Shown here: piece by piece, positions 29,837 to 39,552 of the stretch
Position numbering within the stretch: position 1 is the stretch's first letter
How the letters are laid out: each line of letters opens with the position of its first letter
From: Candidatus Limnocylindrales bacterium
GTDB lineage: Bacteria; Chloroflexota; Limnocylindria; Limnocylindrales; CSP1-4
Assembly (NCBI GenBank): GCA_035264845.1
Contig: DATFPL010000093.1
Coordinates: 1-53,617 of the forward strand
Length of the DNA stretch: 53,617 nt
Direction of reading: 5' to 3'
Program-made: the position numbers and the translations under genes
The notes under the pieces: model-generated
Seen by the model: the letters and a program-made list of their open reading frames with translations, nothing else
What the model was told of the DNA's origin: nothing
The model's database searches: none

Positions 29837-30858
29837 GCTCCCGGGAGCGGCGGATCGATCGAGACGGGCGACGCCGCCTCGGCGTCGCGGCCGGTCCGCG
29901 AGCCGGCGCCGGACGTCCCCTTCGCCTTCGGCTCCGCGAGCACCATCGGGTCGCGCGCGAGGGCGCCCGAGCCGGCCGGAGCGATCTCCCCGTCGGCCTC
30001 GAGTGCCTGCTCCATCGACACGATCGCGACCTCGATCATGTCGTCCGTCGGCTGCCGCGTCGTGATCATCTGGACGAGGATGCCGGGATACATGATCGCG
30101 CGGACCACGGGGTTGGCCCGATGCCGCGCCCCGAATTTCAGGATCTCGTAGCCCACGGCCGCAATGACGGGGATGAGCAGGACGCGGCTGCCGATCATGA
30201 CGAGCGGCGACTGCCGCCCGACAAGCGCGAACGCGACGATCGACAGGGCGATGACGACGACGAGGAACTCGGTGCCACAGCGCGGATGCGCCGTCGGGTA
30301 CCTCCGGACGGCGGACGGCACGAGCGGGTCGTTCGCCTCGAGCGCATGGATGGTCATGTGCTCGGCGCCGTGGTACTGGAAGACACGCCGGATGTCCGGC
30401 ATCTGTGCGATGACGATCAGGTAGCCGAGGAATAGCGCGACGCGGATGAGTCCCTCGACGAGGTGCTGAGCGAGCCCGTTGTCGATGCCTCCGGTCGTGA
30501 CGCTGGCGACGAACAGCGGCAGCAGGAAGAACACGCCGACGCCGGCGAGGAGCGTGATGCCGAGCATCGTCGCGATCGCGCCCTTCCCGAGCTCGACGCC
30601 CTCACCCGCAGCCTGGACGCTCGCGCTCCGCACGAGCCAGCGCGTCCCGACGATGAGCGTCTCATAGAGGACCACGAGGCCGCGGATGAACGGCAGCTTC
30701 GACCAGCGGGAGCCGTGGAAGCCCGCGTCGAGGCGCTCGGTCGCCCACACGATGCGGCCGTCGGGGTGGCGGAGGGCGACGGCGATCGAGTCGCGGCCGC
30801 GCATCAGGACCCCCTCGATGAGGGCCTGGCCTCCGTACGTGAAGCGAGGCATAGGCAA
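29833..30858 (-). CDS. DUF1385 family membrane protein
   Basis: [14 protein letters not shown] and [15 protein letters not shown]. There is a 4-nt overlap with prfA. Confidence 0.82.
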   Translation of the reverse strand: MPMPRFTYGGQALIEGVLMRGRDSIAVALRHPDGRIVWATERLDAGFHGSRWSKLPFIRGLVVLYETLIVGTRWLVRSASVQAAGEGVELGKGAIATMLGITLLAGVGVFFLLPLFVASVTTGGIDNGLAQHLVEGLIRVALFLGYLIVIAQMPDIRRVFQYHGAEHMTIHALEANDPLVPSAVRRYPTAHPRCGTEFLVVVIALSIVAFALVGRQSPLVMIGSRVLLIPVIAAVGYEILKFGARHRANPVVRAIMYPGILVQMITTRQPTDDMIEVAIVSMEQALEADGEIAPAGSGALARDPMVLAEPKAKGTSGAGSRTGRDAEAASPVSIDPPLPGA

Positions 30859-30920
30859 AGTCTACCGGCTCGCGGCGGCCGGCTGGCCCCCTCTCGTCGC
30901 GGGAACGCACCGCGAATCGA

Positions 30921-30950
30921 GAACGGCGGGCCAGACGAGGCCCGCCGTTC
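30921..30950 (-). terminator. Hairpin (12-bp perfect stem GAACGGCGGGCC / GGCCCGCCGTTC, 6-nt loop) downstream of rpmE
   Basis: Read directly. It lies 33 nt after the rpmE stop. Confidence 0.5.
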
Positions 30951-30983
30951 GGTGGTCGATGGGAACCGGCCCGGGACGGAGCG

Positions 30984-31196
30984 TCAGGTCCGGGCCTGCC
31001 GCTCGAGGCGCTTCTGGAAGCGCTCGACCTGGCCCGCGGTGTCGATGATCGTCTGCTTGCCGGTGAAGAACGGGTGGCAGTTGGCGCACACGTCGACGCG
31101 GAGCTCGGGGCGAGTCGACCCGACCGTCCACTCGGTGCCGCAGCTGCCGCAGTGGACCTTGGCTTCGAAATACTTGGGATGGATGTCGGGCTTCAC
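30984..31196 (-). CDS. rpmE: 50S ribosomal protein L31 (Zn-binding type A)
   Basis: [13 protein letters not shown]...[13 protein letters not shown] start preceded by GGAGGAG. Confidence 0.95.
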   Translation of the reverse strand: MKPDIHPKYFEAKVHCGSCGTEWTVGSTRPELRVDVCANCHPFFTGKQTIIDTAGQVERFQKRLERQART

Positions 31197-31276
31197 GATT
31201 GTCTCCTCCGACGCCGTCCGCTCGGGTCTGTGCCCGCCGGTGGTCGCCGGTGCTAATCCGTCTGTGGGTGCGGTGA

Positions 31277-31624
31277 TCAGGCCTCGGCCTGCGCGGGCGC
31301 TTCGGTCGTGGCCCCGGACTTCGCGCGTCCGGCGGTCTTCTTCGGTGCCGCCGGTTCCGCGTTCACCGGGGTCGCGGACTCGATCCTGACCCGCTTCTTC
31401 GCCTTGGTGGCGTGCTCGAACCGGACGCGGCCGCCCACGGTCGCGAAGACCGTGTAGTCCTTGCCGATCCCGGTTCCCGTCCCCGACAGGAACGTCATCC
31501 CGCGCTGCCGGACGATGATCGAGCCAGCCGGCACGAGCTGACCGTCGCCGACCTTCACGCCGAGCCGCTGGCCGACGCTGTCCCGGCCGTTCTTCGAGCT
31601 CGAGCCTGCCTTCTTGTGGGCCAT
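31277..31624 (-). CDS. rpmA: 50S ribosomal protein L27 with a short Ala/Pro/Lys-rich C-terminal tail
   Basis: [23 protein letters not shown]...IIVRQRG. Confidence 0.96.
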   Translation of the reverse strand: MAHKKAGSSSKNGRDSVGQRLGVKVGDGQLVPAGSIIVRQRGMTFLSGTGTGIGKDYTVFATVGGRVRFEHATKAKKRVRIESATPVNAEPAAPKKTAGRAKSGATTEAPAQAEA

Positions 31625-31627
31625 CGG

Positions 31628-32257
31628 TTACTCGTCCTTCTTCGTGCGACTGCGCTTCGGCGCCGCCGCGGTATCGGTTTTCGTGTCGTCGGCCGAGTTG
31701 CGGGCCCGACCCTTCGCCGCGTCGCCGGTCGTCGCCGAAGCCTTGCCGCGCGTGGGCGCGTCCGCGGTGGCCGCATCGCCCTTGCCGGCCTTCGCGTTCG
31801 ACTCGGGCTTCGACTCCTTCGCGAGCTTCGCCGCGAGCGCGGCGTCCGCGGCCGCCTGCCGAGCGGCCGCTTCCTCGAGCCGCTCCCGCTCCGACCGCGC
31901 CTCCTGCTCCTCCTTGCGGACTGCTTCCGCGGCGCTCTTCGAGCCGAGCCGAACGTCGGTGATCCGGAGGACCGTGTGATCCTGGCGGTGGCCCTTCTTG
32001 ACGCGGCTCCGCGCCTTGGGCCGGTACTTGAAGACGATCAGCTTCTCGCCGCGGTCGCGACCGACGACCTCGGCATGAACGGCGGCATCGGCGACGAGCG
32101 GGCGCCCGATCGACGCCTCGTCGCCGTCGGCGACGAGGAGCACGCGCTCCAGCGTGATCGACTGGCCGGCCTCGGCGCCGTCGAGCAGCTCCACCTCGAG
32201 CTCGGTCCCGACCTCGACGCGGTACTGCTTCCCGCCTGTCTCGATGACTGCGTACAT
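31628..32257 (-). CDS. rplU: 50S ribosomal protein L21 with a roughly 105-aa charged low-complexity C-terminal extension
   Basis: I start the gene at [14 protein letters not shown] (ATG at 32257), inside a longer ORF. The canonical L21 ends near ..[13 protein letters not shown]. The remainder is Lys/Ala/Glu/Asp/Thr-rich. Confidence 0.93.
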   Translation of the reverse strand: MYAVIETGGKQYRVEVGTELEVELLDGAEAGQSITLERVLLVADGDEASIGRPLVADAAVHAEVVGRDRGEKLIVFKYRPKARSRVKKGHRQDHTVLRITDVRLGSKSAAEAVRKEEQEARSERERLEEAAARQAAADAALAAKLAKESKPESNAKAGKGDAATADAPTRGKASATTGDAAKGRARNSADDTKTDTAAAPKRSRTKKDE

Positions 32258-32343
32258 GGATCCTCGGTTGCCGCCGCCGCGCGCGACGCGGCTGACGTGA
32301 CGGACATGGAGATGCGGCTCGGTGGCCCGAGGCGCGAAGGAGA

Positions 32344-32373
32344 AGTGTAGGACGAAGGCCGCGAGAGCGTCAA
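32344..32373 (-). promoter_or_regulatory. Candidate sigma-70-type promoter TTGACG-18-TACACT upstream of rplU-rpmA
   Basis: Read on the minus strand. The -35 overlaps the DUF2344 stop codon. It would give a leader of roughly 80 nt. Confidence 0.4.
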
Positions 32374-33134
32374 TCGGGCGAGCGCTGAGATGAGGCCTCG
32401 ATGTCGTCCGTCGTGAGGATGCGCTCGCGGACGGTCGAGGTGGCCTGCACTGGGCGCCCCAGGACGTCGGCGAGCGCGGCAAGCACCTCTTCGGGCCGAC
32501 CGGCGCCACGTTCCGGATTGATCCGGGTTCGGACGCGGAGGAGCGGGGCACCGCGGTCGGCGACGAGGTCGATCGACTCGAGCAACGGCCGGAGGTCGTA
32601 GTCGACAGTCCCGTTCCCCTTCTGGCGGCGCCGAATGACCGACGGCGCAGCGATCAGCTCCGCCGCGGCGACCTTGAGACCCTCCGGCGCGTAGCCGCCA
32701 AGCTCGATGCGGTAATCCGCCGCAGCGGCGATCGCGGACAGTGCCGGCGAACCGAGCCACACGTCGTGAAGTTCGAGGACCTCGATCCCGCCGGGACTCG
32801 CCGCAGCCAGGCGGTCACGAACGTCCCAGGCGCGACATCGGTCGGCGAGATAGAGGTCCGCAAGGTCGGCTTCGACCGGCATTCCGAGCGGCAGCGGCGC
32901 CGCGAACGTGAGCGCCGGTCGCTGCCGAGATCCTTCCGTCCGGGGCAGCGGGAGCCCGGCTTCGGCGAGCCGCATCATCCAGGCGTCGGCGATTTCGCGA
33001 TGCGGAATCGCGGGTGCCTCGGGGAGCCGCCGGAACGTCAGCCGCCAGCGCTGGCGAGGCTCGCGCGGCGCGCGTTCCGCGACCGTTGCGGCCTCGTCAG
33101 GAGGGGCCTTCGGCTGCTCGGTTCGTCGATCCAC
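32370..33134 (-). CDS. TIGR03936/DUF2344 family (radical-SAM-associated) protein
   Basis: The conserved core starts at RWRLTFRR...HREIADAWMMRLAEAGLPL...PALTFAAPLPLGMPVEADLADLYL. I chose the GTG at 33134, which is uncertain. Confidence 0.65.
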   Translation of the reverse strand: MDRRTEQPKAPPDEAATVAERAPREPRQRWRLTFRRLPEAPAIPHREIADAWMMRLAEAGLPLPRTEGSRQRPALTFAAPLPLGMPVEADLADLYLADRCRAWDVRDRLAAASPGGIEVLELHDVWLGSPALSAIAAAADYRIELGGYAPEGLKVAAAELIAAPSVIRRRQKGNGTVDYDLRPLLESIDLVADRGAPLLRVRTRINPERGAGRPEEVLAALADVLGRPVQATSTVRERILTTDDIEASSQRSPD

Positions 33135-33154
33135 GTCTGGTAGTCTGCGGCGCG

Positions 33155-34393
33155 ATGGACGAGCCCGCCCCGCGCGACCGCGAGCCCGGGCGGACCCAAC
33201 GCAAGCGTCGCGGCAGCGGTCGAGAGGCACCGCCCGACCCGGCCGCGAAGTCGACACCCGCCACGCCGCAGCGAGGCGCAGCGGCGACGGCTGAAGGGAC
33301 ATCGAGCGGGCCAGGCGCGCACCCGACGCTCGGCCCACCGAGTCGCAGGTCGGCTGTCGTCGTCGGCGCAGCGATCCTCCTCGCGTTTCTCCTCTACATC
33401 GGGCGCGACGCCCTGAGCCCATTTGTAGTCGGGCTGATGCTGGTCTACCTCCTCGACCCACCTGTCGAGCGGCTCGCGCGGCTTGGGCTGCCGCGGTGGG
33501 TCTCGATCCTTGGTGTCTACGCCGTCGTCGCGATCATCCTGAGCCAGGTGGCCGGGCTCATGATCAGGCCGCTCGTCGAGCAGATCCGCGCGGTGGCGTC
33601 CGACCTGCCGGGTTACCTCAAGCAGCTCGATGGCCTCTATCGCGGCCTCGACCTGCCGCCGCAGGTCCGCGACAGCGTCGACCGCTGGCTGTCGACGGTC
33701 TCGAGCGGCGGCGGGTTCGACCCGAGCGTCCTGCTCCCGGTCGTGAACGTCGGTGCCGGACTGCTGAGCGCGATACTTGGCTACATCATCATCCCGGTGT
33801 GGGCGTTCTACCTCCTGAAGGACCGCCCGCAACTCACCGCGGCGTTCGACCGCTCTCTGCCGGAGGAGTGGCGTGCCGACGTCCGCAACGTGACCGGCCT
33901 CGTGACCCGCGTGTTCGGACAGTGGATCCGCGGGCAGCTGTTCCTGGGGCTCGTCGTCGGCGTGGCGACGTTCCTCGGGCTGGAGCTCCTGGGCTTGACG
34001 ATCGACCCCGTCTTCTCGCGCTTCGCGCTCCTCCTGTCGATCATCGCCGGCGTCCTCGAGCTGTTGCCGATCATCGGCCCGATCATCGCCGCGATTCCGG
34101 CGGTCCTCCTCGCGGCGACGGCGGGGGTCCAGCCGGCGATCGCGGCCGTTGTCCTCTACACGCTTGTCCAGCAGGTCGAGAACAACGTCCTCGTGCCAAA
34201 GATTCAGGGCGACGCGGTGGAGCTTCATCCGAGCGCGGTGATGTTCGCGCTCGTCGTCGGAGGCGCGATCGGCGGCCTGCTCGGAGCGATCCTCGCGCTG
34301 CCGATCACGGCCGCGGGACGCGACGTCTTCCGCTACCTGTTCCGCCGCTCGTCCGGCGACGACCCTGCCGCAGCGGCGCGCGTCGATGGCTGA
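33155..34393 (+). CDS. AI-2E/PerM (UPF0118) family transporter with a disordered N-terminus
   Basis: The first ATG in frame is at 33155. Eight TM helices. Family-typical C-terminal half: LELLPIIGPIIAAIPAVLLA...LVQQVENNVLVPKIQG. Confidence 0.8.
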   Translation: MDEPAPRDREPGRTQRKRRGSGREAPPDPAAKSTPATPQRGAAATAEGTSSGPGAHPTLGPPSRRSAVVVGAAILLAFLLYIGRDALSPFVVGLMLVYLLDPPVERLARLGLPRWVSILGVYAVVAIILSQVAGLMIRPLVEQIRAVASDLPGYLKQLDGLYRGLDLPPQVRDSVDRWLSTVSSGGGFDPSVLLPVVNVGAGLLSAILGYIIIPVWAFYLLKDRPQLTAAFDRSLPEEWRADVRNVTGLVTRVFGQWIRGQLFLGLVVGVATFLGLELLGLTIDPVFSRFALLLSIIAGVLELLPIIGPIIAAIPAVLLAATAGVQPAIAAVVLYTLVQQVENNVLVPKIQGDAVELHPSAVMFALVVGGAIGGLLGAILALPITAAGRDVFRYLFRRSSGDDPAAAARVDG

Positions 34394-35018
34394 GCGCGCC
34401 GACGCCTACAAGACGCTCCAGGTCGACCCGGAGGCGGACGTCGAGGTGATCCAGGCCGCGTACCGGCGGCTGGCGCAGAAATATCACCCCGACGCCGCGG
34501 GGCCGGACGGCGCGGGCCGGATGGTTGCAATCAACGAGGCATGGGCGCTCCTTCGCAATCCCACCGCGCGCGCGGAGTACGACCGCGAGCGCGCGGCCGC
34601 CAACGCCGCGCCCCCCGGACCGGCGCGGACGGGGGCCGGCGCTCCCCCTGCCCGTGACCCGCAGTGGGGCGCGGCGCGGCGCCACGAACCCGACACCGTG
34701 TCGTCCGATTGGACGTCCGGCCGCTCGGGCTCCGGAAGCGGGTACGACCCGACGACGATGCGCGCGCGCGAGGGGTTGGGCGCAGCGGGCGACCCGCCAG
34801 GAAACGCGTCGGGCACCGTCCTCGCGTTCGGTCGATACGCGGGCTGGTCGTTGGGCGAGATCGCACGGCGCGACATCGAATACGTGGAGTGGCTTGAGCG
34901 GATGCCCATCGGGCGTCCCTACCGCGAGGAGATCGACGGGCTGCTGCGCGCCGCCGGTCGCCGGCGATCGGCTCCCGCCGACTCAGGTCCCCGTCGTGGG
35001 CTGTTCCGCCGGCGCTGA
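34386..35018 (+). CDS. J-domain protein with a DUF3820-like C-terminal domain
   Basis: YKTLQVDPEADVEVIQAAYRRLAQKYHPD (HPD motif). The C-terminus FGRYAGWSLGEIARRDIEYVEWL resembles DUF3820. There is an 8-nt overlap with the PerM gene. Confidence 0.75.
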   Translation: MAERADAYKTLQVDPEADVEVIQAAYRRLAQKYHPDAAGPDGAGRMVAINEAWALLRNPTARAEYDRERAAANAAPPGPARTGAGAPPARDPQWGAARRHEPDTVSSDWTSGRSGSGSGYDPTTMRAREGLGAAGDPPGNASGTVLAFGRYAGWSLGEIARRDIEYVEWLERMPIGRPYREEIDGLLRAAGRRRSAPADSGPRRGLFRRR

Positions 35019-36263
35019 TCCGCGACCGGTATCCCCGTCGGCCGCATCGCCGTCTGCCGCGCGGTCCCTGATGCCGAGGCGGTGCATCAGCGTCCCGGCC
35101 GTCGTCGCCTGGACGATCAGGGTGAACAGGACAACGCCGTAGACGATCGACTGGACGAGCGTCCGGTTCGGGAAGTCGATCGGCAGCGCGAGGGCGAGCG
35201 CAATCGCGACCGCGCCCCGCAACCCCGACCAGAAGATGATGTGCTGCCATGCCATCCCGATCGGCGGCACGGCGGTGTGCGCGACGCGATTCAGGGCGCC
35301 GACCGTGCCGTAGACGAGCGCGGCGCGGATCGCGAGCACGGCGACAACCGCCCATCCGATCGCGACAACGTGAGCCGCGAGGTCCGGCAATCGGATCGTC
35401 AGGCCGACGACGAGGAAGACCACGGCTGTCAGGAGGAAGGCCAGGAACTCCCAGACGACGTCGAGCGCCTCGATCGTGCGCGCCCTGAGGCCGATTCGGT
35501 GCCCGTAGTTTCCGAGGACGAGGCCTGCGACTGCAGTCGCGATGATCCCCGACTCGTGGACGGCGTCCGCAGCGAGGTAGGTGCCGTAGGCGAGAACGAG
35601 TGACAACGTGAGCTCCACGAGATGATCGCCGACACGCACGATGAGCCACGACGCGATCGCCCCCGCGACAGCTCCGATCGCGGCGCTGACGACGACGATC
35701 GACAGGAACGACAGCACGGCCTCGGGGACCGAGATCGGCCTCGTCGCGGCGCCGACCGCGATGGTGAAGATGACGATCCCGGTTCCGTCGTTGAGGAGGC
35801 TCTCGGCCTCGACGAACGTGGCGAGACGCCGCGGCGCGCGCAACCGCTTGAAGCTGGCGATGACCGCCGCGGGGTCAGTGGCGGACACGATCGCGCCGAC
35901 GACGAAGCCCGCCGCGGGTGGCACCCCGGCAGCGACCGACAGGACGACCGCCACGCCGACGGCGACGACGACCACGCCAGGGCCGGCGAGCAGCGCGACG
36001 CCCGCCAGTGACGGCCGAAGCACGGCCGCATCGATGTTGTAGGCGGCCTCGAAGATGAGGCCCGGAAGCAGCACGACGAGGACGAGCTGCGGGGTGACCT
36101 CGACCGGCGCCACGCCGCCGATCGATCCCACGAGCAGCCCGAGCACGAAAAGCGTCACCGACCACGGCAGCGCGAACCGGCGTGCCACGACGACGAGAAC
36201 AGCGGTCGCACCAAGGAGGGCCACGAACAGCCGGATGAGCTGGAGCGTTTCGTCGCCGGTCAT
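34983..36263 (-). CDS. CPA1-family Na+/H+ antiporter (NhaP-type)
   Basis: I start the gene at MTGDETLQLIRLFVALLG (ATG at 36263). SATDPAAV and ESLLNDGTGIV motifs. The 3' end overlaps the convergent J-domain gene by 36 nt. Confidence 0.85.
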   Translation of the reverse strand: MTGDETLQLIRLFVALLGATAVLVVVARRFALPWSVTLFVLGLLVGSIGGVAPVEVTPQLVLVVLLPGLIFEAAYNIDAAVLRPSLAGVALLAGPGVVVVAVGVAVVLSVAAGVPPAAGFVVGAIVSATDPAAVIASFKRLRAPRRLATFVEAESLLNDGTGIVIFTIAVGAATRPISVPEAVLSFLSIVVVSAAIGAVAGAIASWLIVRVGDHLVELTLSLVLAYGTYLAADAVHESGIIATAVAGLVLGNYGHRIGLRARTIEALDVVWEFLAFLLTAVVFLVVGLTIRLPDLAAHVVAIGWAVVAVLAIRAALVYGTVGALNRVAHTAVPPIGMAWQHIIFWSGLRGAVAIALALALPIDFPNRTLVQSIVYGVVLFTLIVQATTAGTLMHRLGIRDRAADGDAADGDTGRGSAPAEQPTTGT

Positions 36264-36428
36264 CCAGCGCGTCCAGGAGTCGTCTGCCTGGTTGCCGTCA
36301 CCCCGCCCGCTCGCCGTCAGCGGCCACGACCGACGGCGCGCCGCGCGTGCGCGCGTGCCTCGACTCCCGGGCGCAACGGAACGGGCCACTAGGCCGGGCG
36401 TATCGAGCACGAACGGCGGTTGGCCGCA

Positions 36429-37589
36429 TCACCACTCGGCTCTCGACTGGCGGATATTGATGCTCTGGATGATCCCGAGCGCGGCCGCGATGCTCACGAG
36501 CGAAGCTCCGCCATGCGTGACGAACGGCAGCGGGATTCCGGTGATCGGCATGACGCCGATGACCATCCCGACGTTGACGACGAGCTGGAAGAGGACCATC
36601 GACGCGACGCCGCAGCAGAACATCGTCCCGAAGGGGTCGCGTGAGCGCCATGCGGCGACGATCACCCGCCAGAACAGCGCGGCGAAGAGGAAGAACATCA
36701 GCACGGCGCCCAGGAACCCGAGCTCCTCGGCCAGGATCGCGAAGACGAAGTCGGTGGTCTGGACTGGCAGATAATCGAGCTGGTTCTGCGTCCCGTTCGT
36801 CAATCCCTTGCCAACCCAGCCGCCGGAGCCAACGGCGATCTGGGCCTGGTAGAGCTGGTACCCGGAGCCCTGGATATCGGGTGTGGGATTCAGGAACGAC
36901 GTCAGCCGCTCCTTCTGGTACTCCCGGAGCAGGTGGGTCCACGCGAGCGGGACCATCGCGATCACGATGGCGGTGAGCGTCCCGAGCCACCGCAGGCTCG
37001 CGCCCGACATGAAGAGCATTCCACCCAGGATGGCTGCGAAGACCAGGGACGTTCCCAGGTCCGGCTGCATCATCACGAGGAGCCACGGCGGCCCGACGAG
37101 GAAGCATGCCCCGAGGATGGATCCGAGCGAGCTCAGCCGCCCCTGCCGGCCACCGAAATAGTTCGCGAGCACGACGATCATGAGGACCTTCGCGAGCTCG
37201 CTGAACTGGAAGGCGAACGGCCCGATATTGATCCACCGGGCCGTGCCTCCGACGCCGTCGCCGATCGCGAGCGTCGTCACGAGGAGCGCAATCTGGACGA
37301 AGTAGATGGGCCACGCGAACGTCTTCAGCCATTTGTAGTCGAACATCGTCACGACGACGAAGACCACGATCGCGATGCCGGCCCACATCAAGCCGCGGAG
37401 GAACGTCGAACCTGCCTCGAGCACGGATCGGCCCGCCTCGACGCTGTTGCTGTACGCCATCGCGAGCCCGACAGCGGCGAGCAGCGCGGCGTACGCGATC
37501 AGCTGGAGGTCGAACGACCGCCACGCGGCCCCGATCGAGCGCGCGGTCCATTGCGAGAAGCGCGCCGGTTCTGCGCGCATGACGCCCAT
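36429..37589 (-). CDS. rodA: SEDS-family peptidoglycan polymerase RodA
   Basis: ATG at 37589, preceded by GAGAGGAAC. FtsW/RodA/SpoVE core: QPDLGTS, TDFVFA..AEELGF, GIPLPFVTHGGAS. It sits downstream of mrdA. Confidence 0.9.
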   Translation of the reverse strand: MGVMRAEPARFSQWTARSIGAAWRSFDLQLIAYAALLAAVGLAMAYSNSVEAGRSVLEAGSTFLRGLMWAGIAIVVFVVVTMFDYKWLKTFAWPIYFVQIALLVTTLAIGDGVGGTARWINIGPFAFQFSELAKVLMIVVLANYFGGRQGRLSSLGSILGACFLVGPPWLLVMMQPDLGTSLVFAAILGGMLFMSGASLRWLGTLTAIVIAMVPLAWTHLLREYQKERLTSFLNPTPDIQGSGYQLYQAQIAVGSGGWVGKGLTNGTQNQLDYLPVQTTDFVFAILAEELGFLGAVLMFFLFAALFWRVIVAAWRSRDPFGTMFCCGVASMVLFQLVVNVGMVIGVMPITGIPLPFVTHGGASLVSIAAALGIIQSINIRQSRAEW

Positions 37590-37629
37590 CAGGCGTTCCT
37601 CTCGTTTCGGGGGCCGATCCCGTCGTACA

Positions 37630-39552
37630 TCAGTTGCTGTGGTAGAAGTTGCCGCGCTCGAGGAGCGTCTGGAGGCGGTAATCCTTCTTGATCCCGAAGT
37701 GCAACTGCATGAAGTACTTGACGATCTCGGTCGCGGCGTTGCCCTTCGTCCGGGAGTCGTAGGCGAACGCGAGCACGACGAGCTCGGAATCGGTTCGCGA
37801 GACAGCCTTGAACCCGCTCGGGTCACCGGCCTGAAGGCGGGGGTTCTTCGGGACGAATCCGACGAACCACGAGTGGAACGGCAGCCGGCCCTGCCGGTCG
37901 CGCCTCCCGAACTCTGCCGTTCCCGACTTGCCGGCGACGATGACCGGCAGGTCGACCAGGTTGTACGTGTGCCGGAGGAGAACGGTGTTCCGTCCCGCGC
38001 GCCGCATCTCCGCGAGCACGTCCTTTGGCACCTTCAGCTCGTGCAGGAGCTTCGGCTTGAACCTCCGTACGACCGTTCCGTCGGGCCCCACGACCTCTCG
38101 GACGATCTGCGGCTGGAAGAGCTTGCCGCCGTTCGCCAGCGCGGCGTACGCGTTGATGAGCTGGATCGGCGTCACGACGTCGTAGCCCTGCCCGATGCCG
38201 GCCTGGTAGACCTCGCCGGGGTAGATCGGGAGGCCCATCGCGTCGAGCTTCCACTGGTTGGACGGGACGATCCCGCGCGCCTCGTACGGCAGGTCGATTC
38301 CCGTGCGCTGGCCGAACCCGTACTGCCTGGCCCAGTACGCGAGCCGATCGATCCCCAGCATCCCCGCCACCTGGAAGAAGAACGTGTCGCTCGAGTGACC
38401 GAAGCCACACCGGATGTTGCAGGCCCCGAACCCGCGGCGGTTCCAGTCGTAGAAGCGCGTGCTGCCGAGCGTCAGGAAGCCTCGCGTGATGAGTCGCGTA
38501 GTAGGCGTGATCTTCCGATCGGCAAGCCCGCCGGTTCCGGTCACGAGCTTGTACGTCGAGCCGGGCGGGTAGTGCGCCGCGACGGCGTGATTGATGAGTG
38601 GCTTGTTCGGGTTGTTGAGGAGCCGCTGGTACGCGGTGGCGCTGATGCCGCGAGCGAAGGCGTTGTTGTCGTAGGTCGGAAGGCTGACCAGCGCCAGGAT
38701 CTCCCCGGTCTGGGGGTTCATCGCCATCACAACGCCGCGCTTGAGACCCGCGGCCTTGACGCCCCAGAGGAGCGCCTTCTCGGCGAGCTTCTGCTGCGTC
38801 GTATCGATGGTGAGCCGCAACGAGTCTCCGCCCTGCGCGTCCCGGACGTTCTGCAGCACCTGGATCTTTCGGCCGGACGCGTTCCGCTCGACGCTCTGTG
38901 CGCCGTAGACGCCGCGGAGCTCCTTCTCATAGATCGCCTCGACGCCGGCCTTCCCGATGAGGTCGTCCGGGAGGTACCCGTCGTCCTTCTGGGTCTCCAG
39001 CTGGTCAGAGTTGATCGGTCCCGTGTATCCCAGGATCTGGGACAGGAGCGGGCCGTCGGCGTACTCGCGGCGTGTCTCCACGACGACCTCTACTCCCGGC
39101 AGGTCGAGACGCGACTCCAGGATCAGGTCGGCCGTCGCGCGCGGCACGTCCTGGGCGATCCGCACCAGGTCGAACCGCGAACCCGGATTGGCGTCGATCG
39201 CCTCGTTGATGTCGGCGGCGTCCATCGCGACGAGCGACGCGACACGCCCGACCACCTCGGCGCGCCTCGAGAACGGGAGGTCCGCGGGCCGGATTTTTAC
39301 CGAGAACGACGGAACGTTCGTGACGAGTAGTCGCCCCTGCCGATCGTAGATGAGGCCGCGCGACGAGGGGATCGCCTGGAGAACCGCGCGGTTCGTCGCC
39401 GCCAGCGACGAGTACTCCACGCCACGAGCGATCTGGAGATAGAACAGCCGCGCAGTAAGGCCACCGATGGCGAGAACGACCGCGACGCCGAACGCGACGA
39501 AGCGGATGACTCGCCGGTCGCGCTCCTGGTGGCCCTCGAGGTACGCGTTCAC
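37630..39552 (-). CDS. mrdA: Penicillin-binding protein 2 (elongasome transpeptidase)
   Basis: SxxK = STYK, SxD = SSD, KSG = GKSGTAE. N-terminal TM anchor. 640 aa. Confidence 0.92.
   Translation of the reverse strand: MNAYLEGHQERDRRVIRFVAFGVAVVLAIGGLTARLFYLQIARGVEYSSLAATNRAVLQAIPSSRGLIYDRQGRLLVTNVPSFSVKIRPADLPFSRRAEVVGRVASLVAMDAADINEAIDANPGSRFDLVRIAQDVPRATADLILESRLDLPGVEVVVETRREYADGPLLSQILGYTGPINSDQLETQKDDGYLPDDLIGKAGVEAIYEKELRGVYGAQSVERNASGRKIQVLQNVRDAQGGDSLRLTIDTTQQKLAEKALLWGVKAAGLKRGVVMAMNPQTGEILALVSLPTYDNNAFARGISATAYQRLLNNPNKPLINHAVAAHYPPGSTYKLVTGTGGLADRKITPTTRLITRGFLTLGSTRFYDWNRRGFGACNIRCGFGHSSDTFFFQVAGMLGIDRLAYWARQYGFGQRTGIDLPYEARGIVPSNQWKLDAMGLPIYPGEVYQAGIGQGYDVVTPIQLINAYAALANGGKLFQPQIVREVVGPDGTVVRRFKPKLLHELKVPKDVLAEMRRAGRNTVLLRHTYNLVDLPVIVAGKSGTAEFGRRDRQGRLPFHSWFVGFVPKNPRLQAGDPSGFKAVSRTDSELVVLAFAYDSRTKGNAATEIVKYFMQLHFGIKKDYRLQTLLERGNFYHSN

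Noticed and set aside
31628-32551. A 307-aa ORF extending rplU upstream. Analogous N-terminal over-extensions affect rodA (to 37826), nhaP (to 36410) and the ArsR gene (to 6386).
   Set aside because: In each case homology starts at an internal ATG with a plausible ribosome-binding site. The extra N-terminal residues are Arg/Ser/Pro-rich junk that overlaps neighbouring genes or intergenic DNA.
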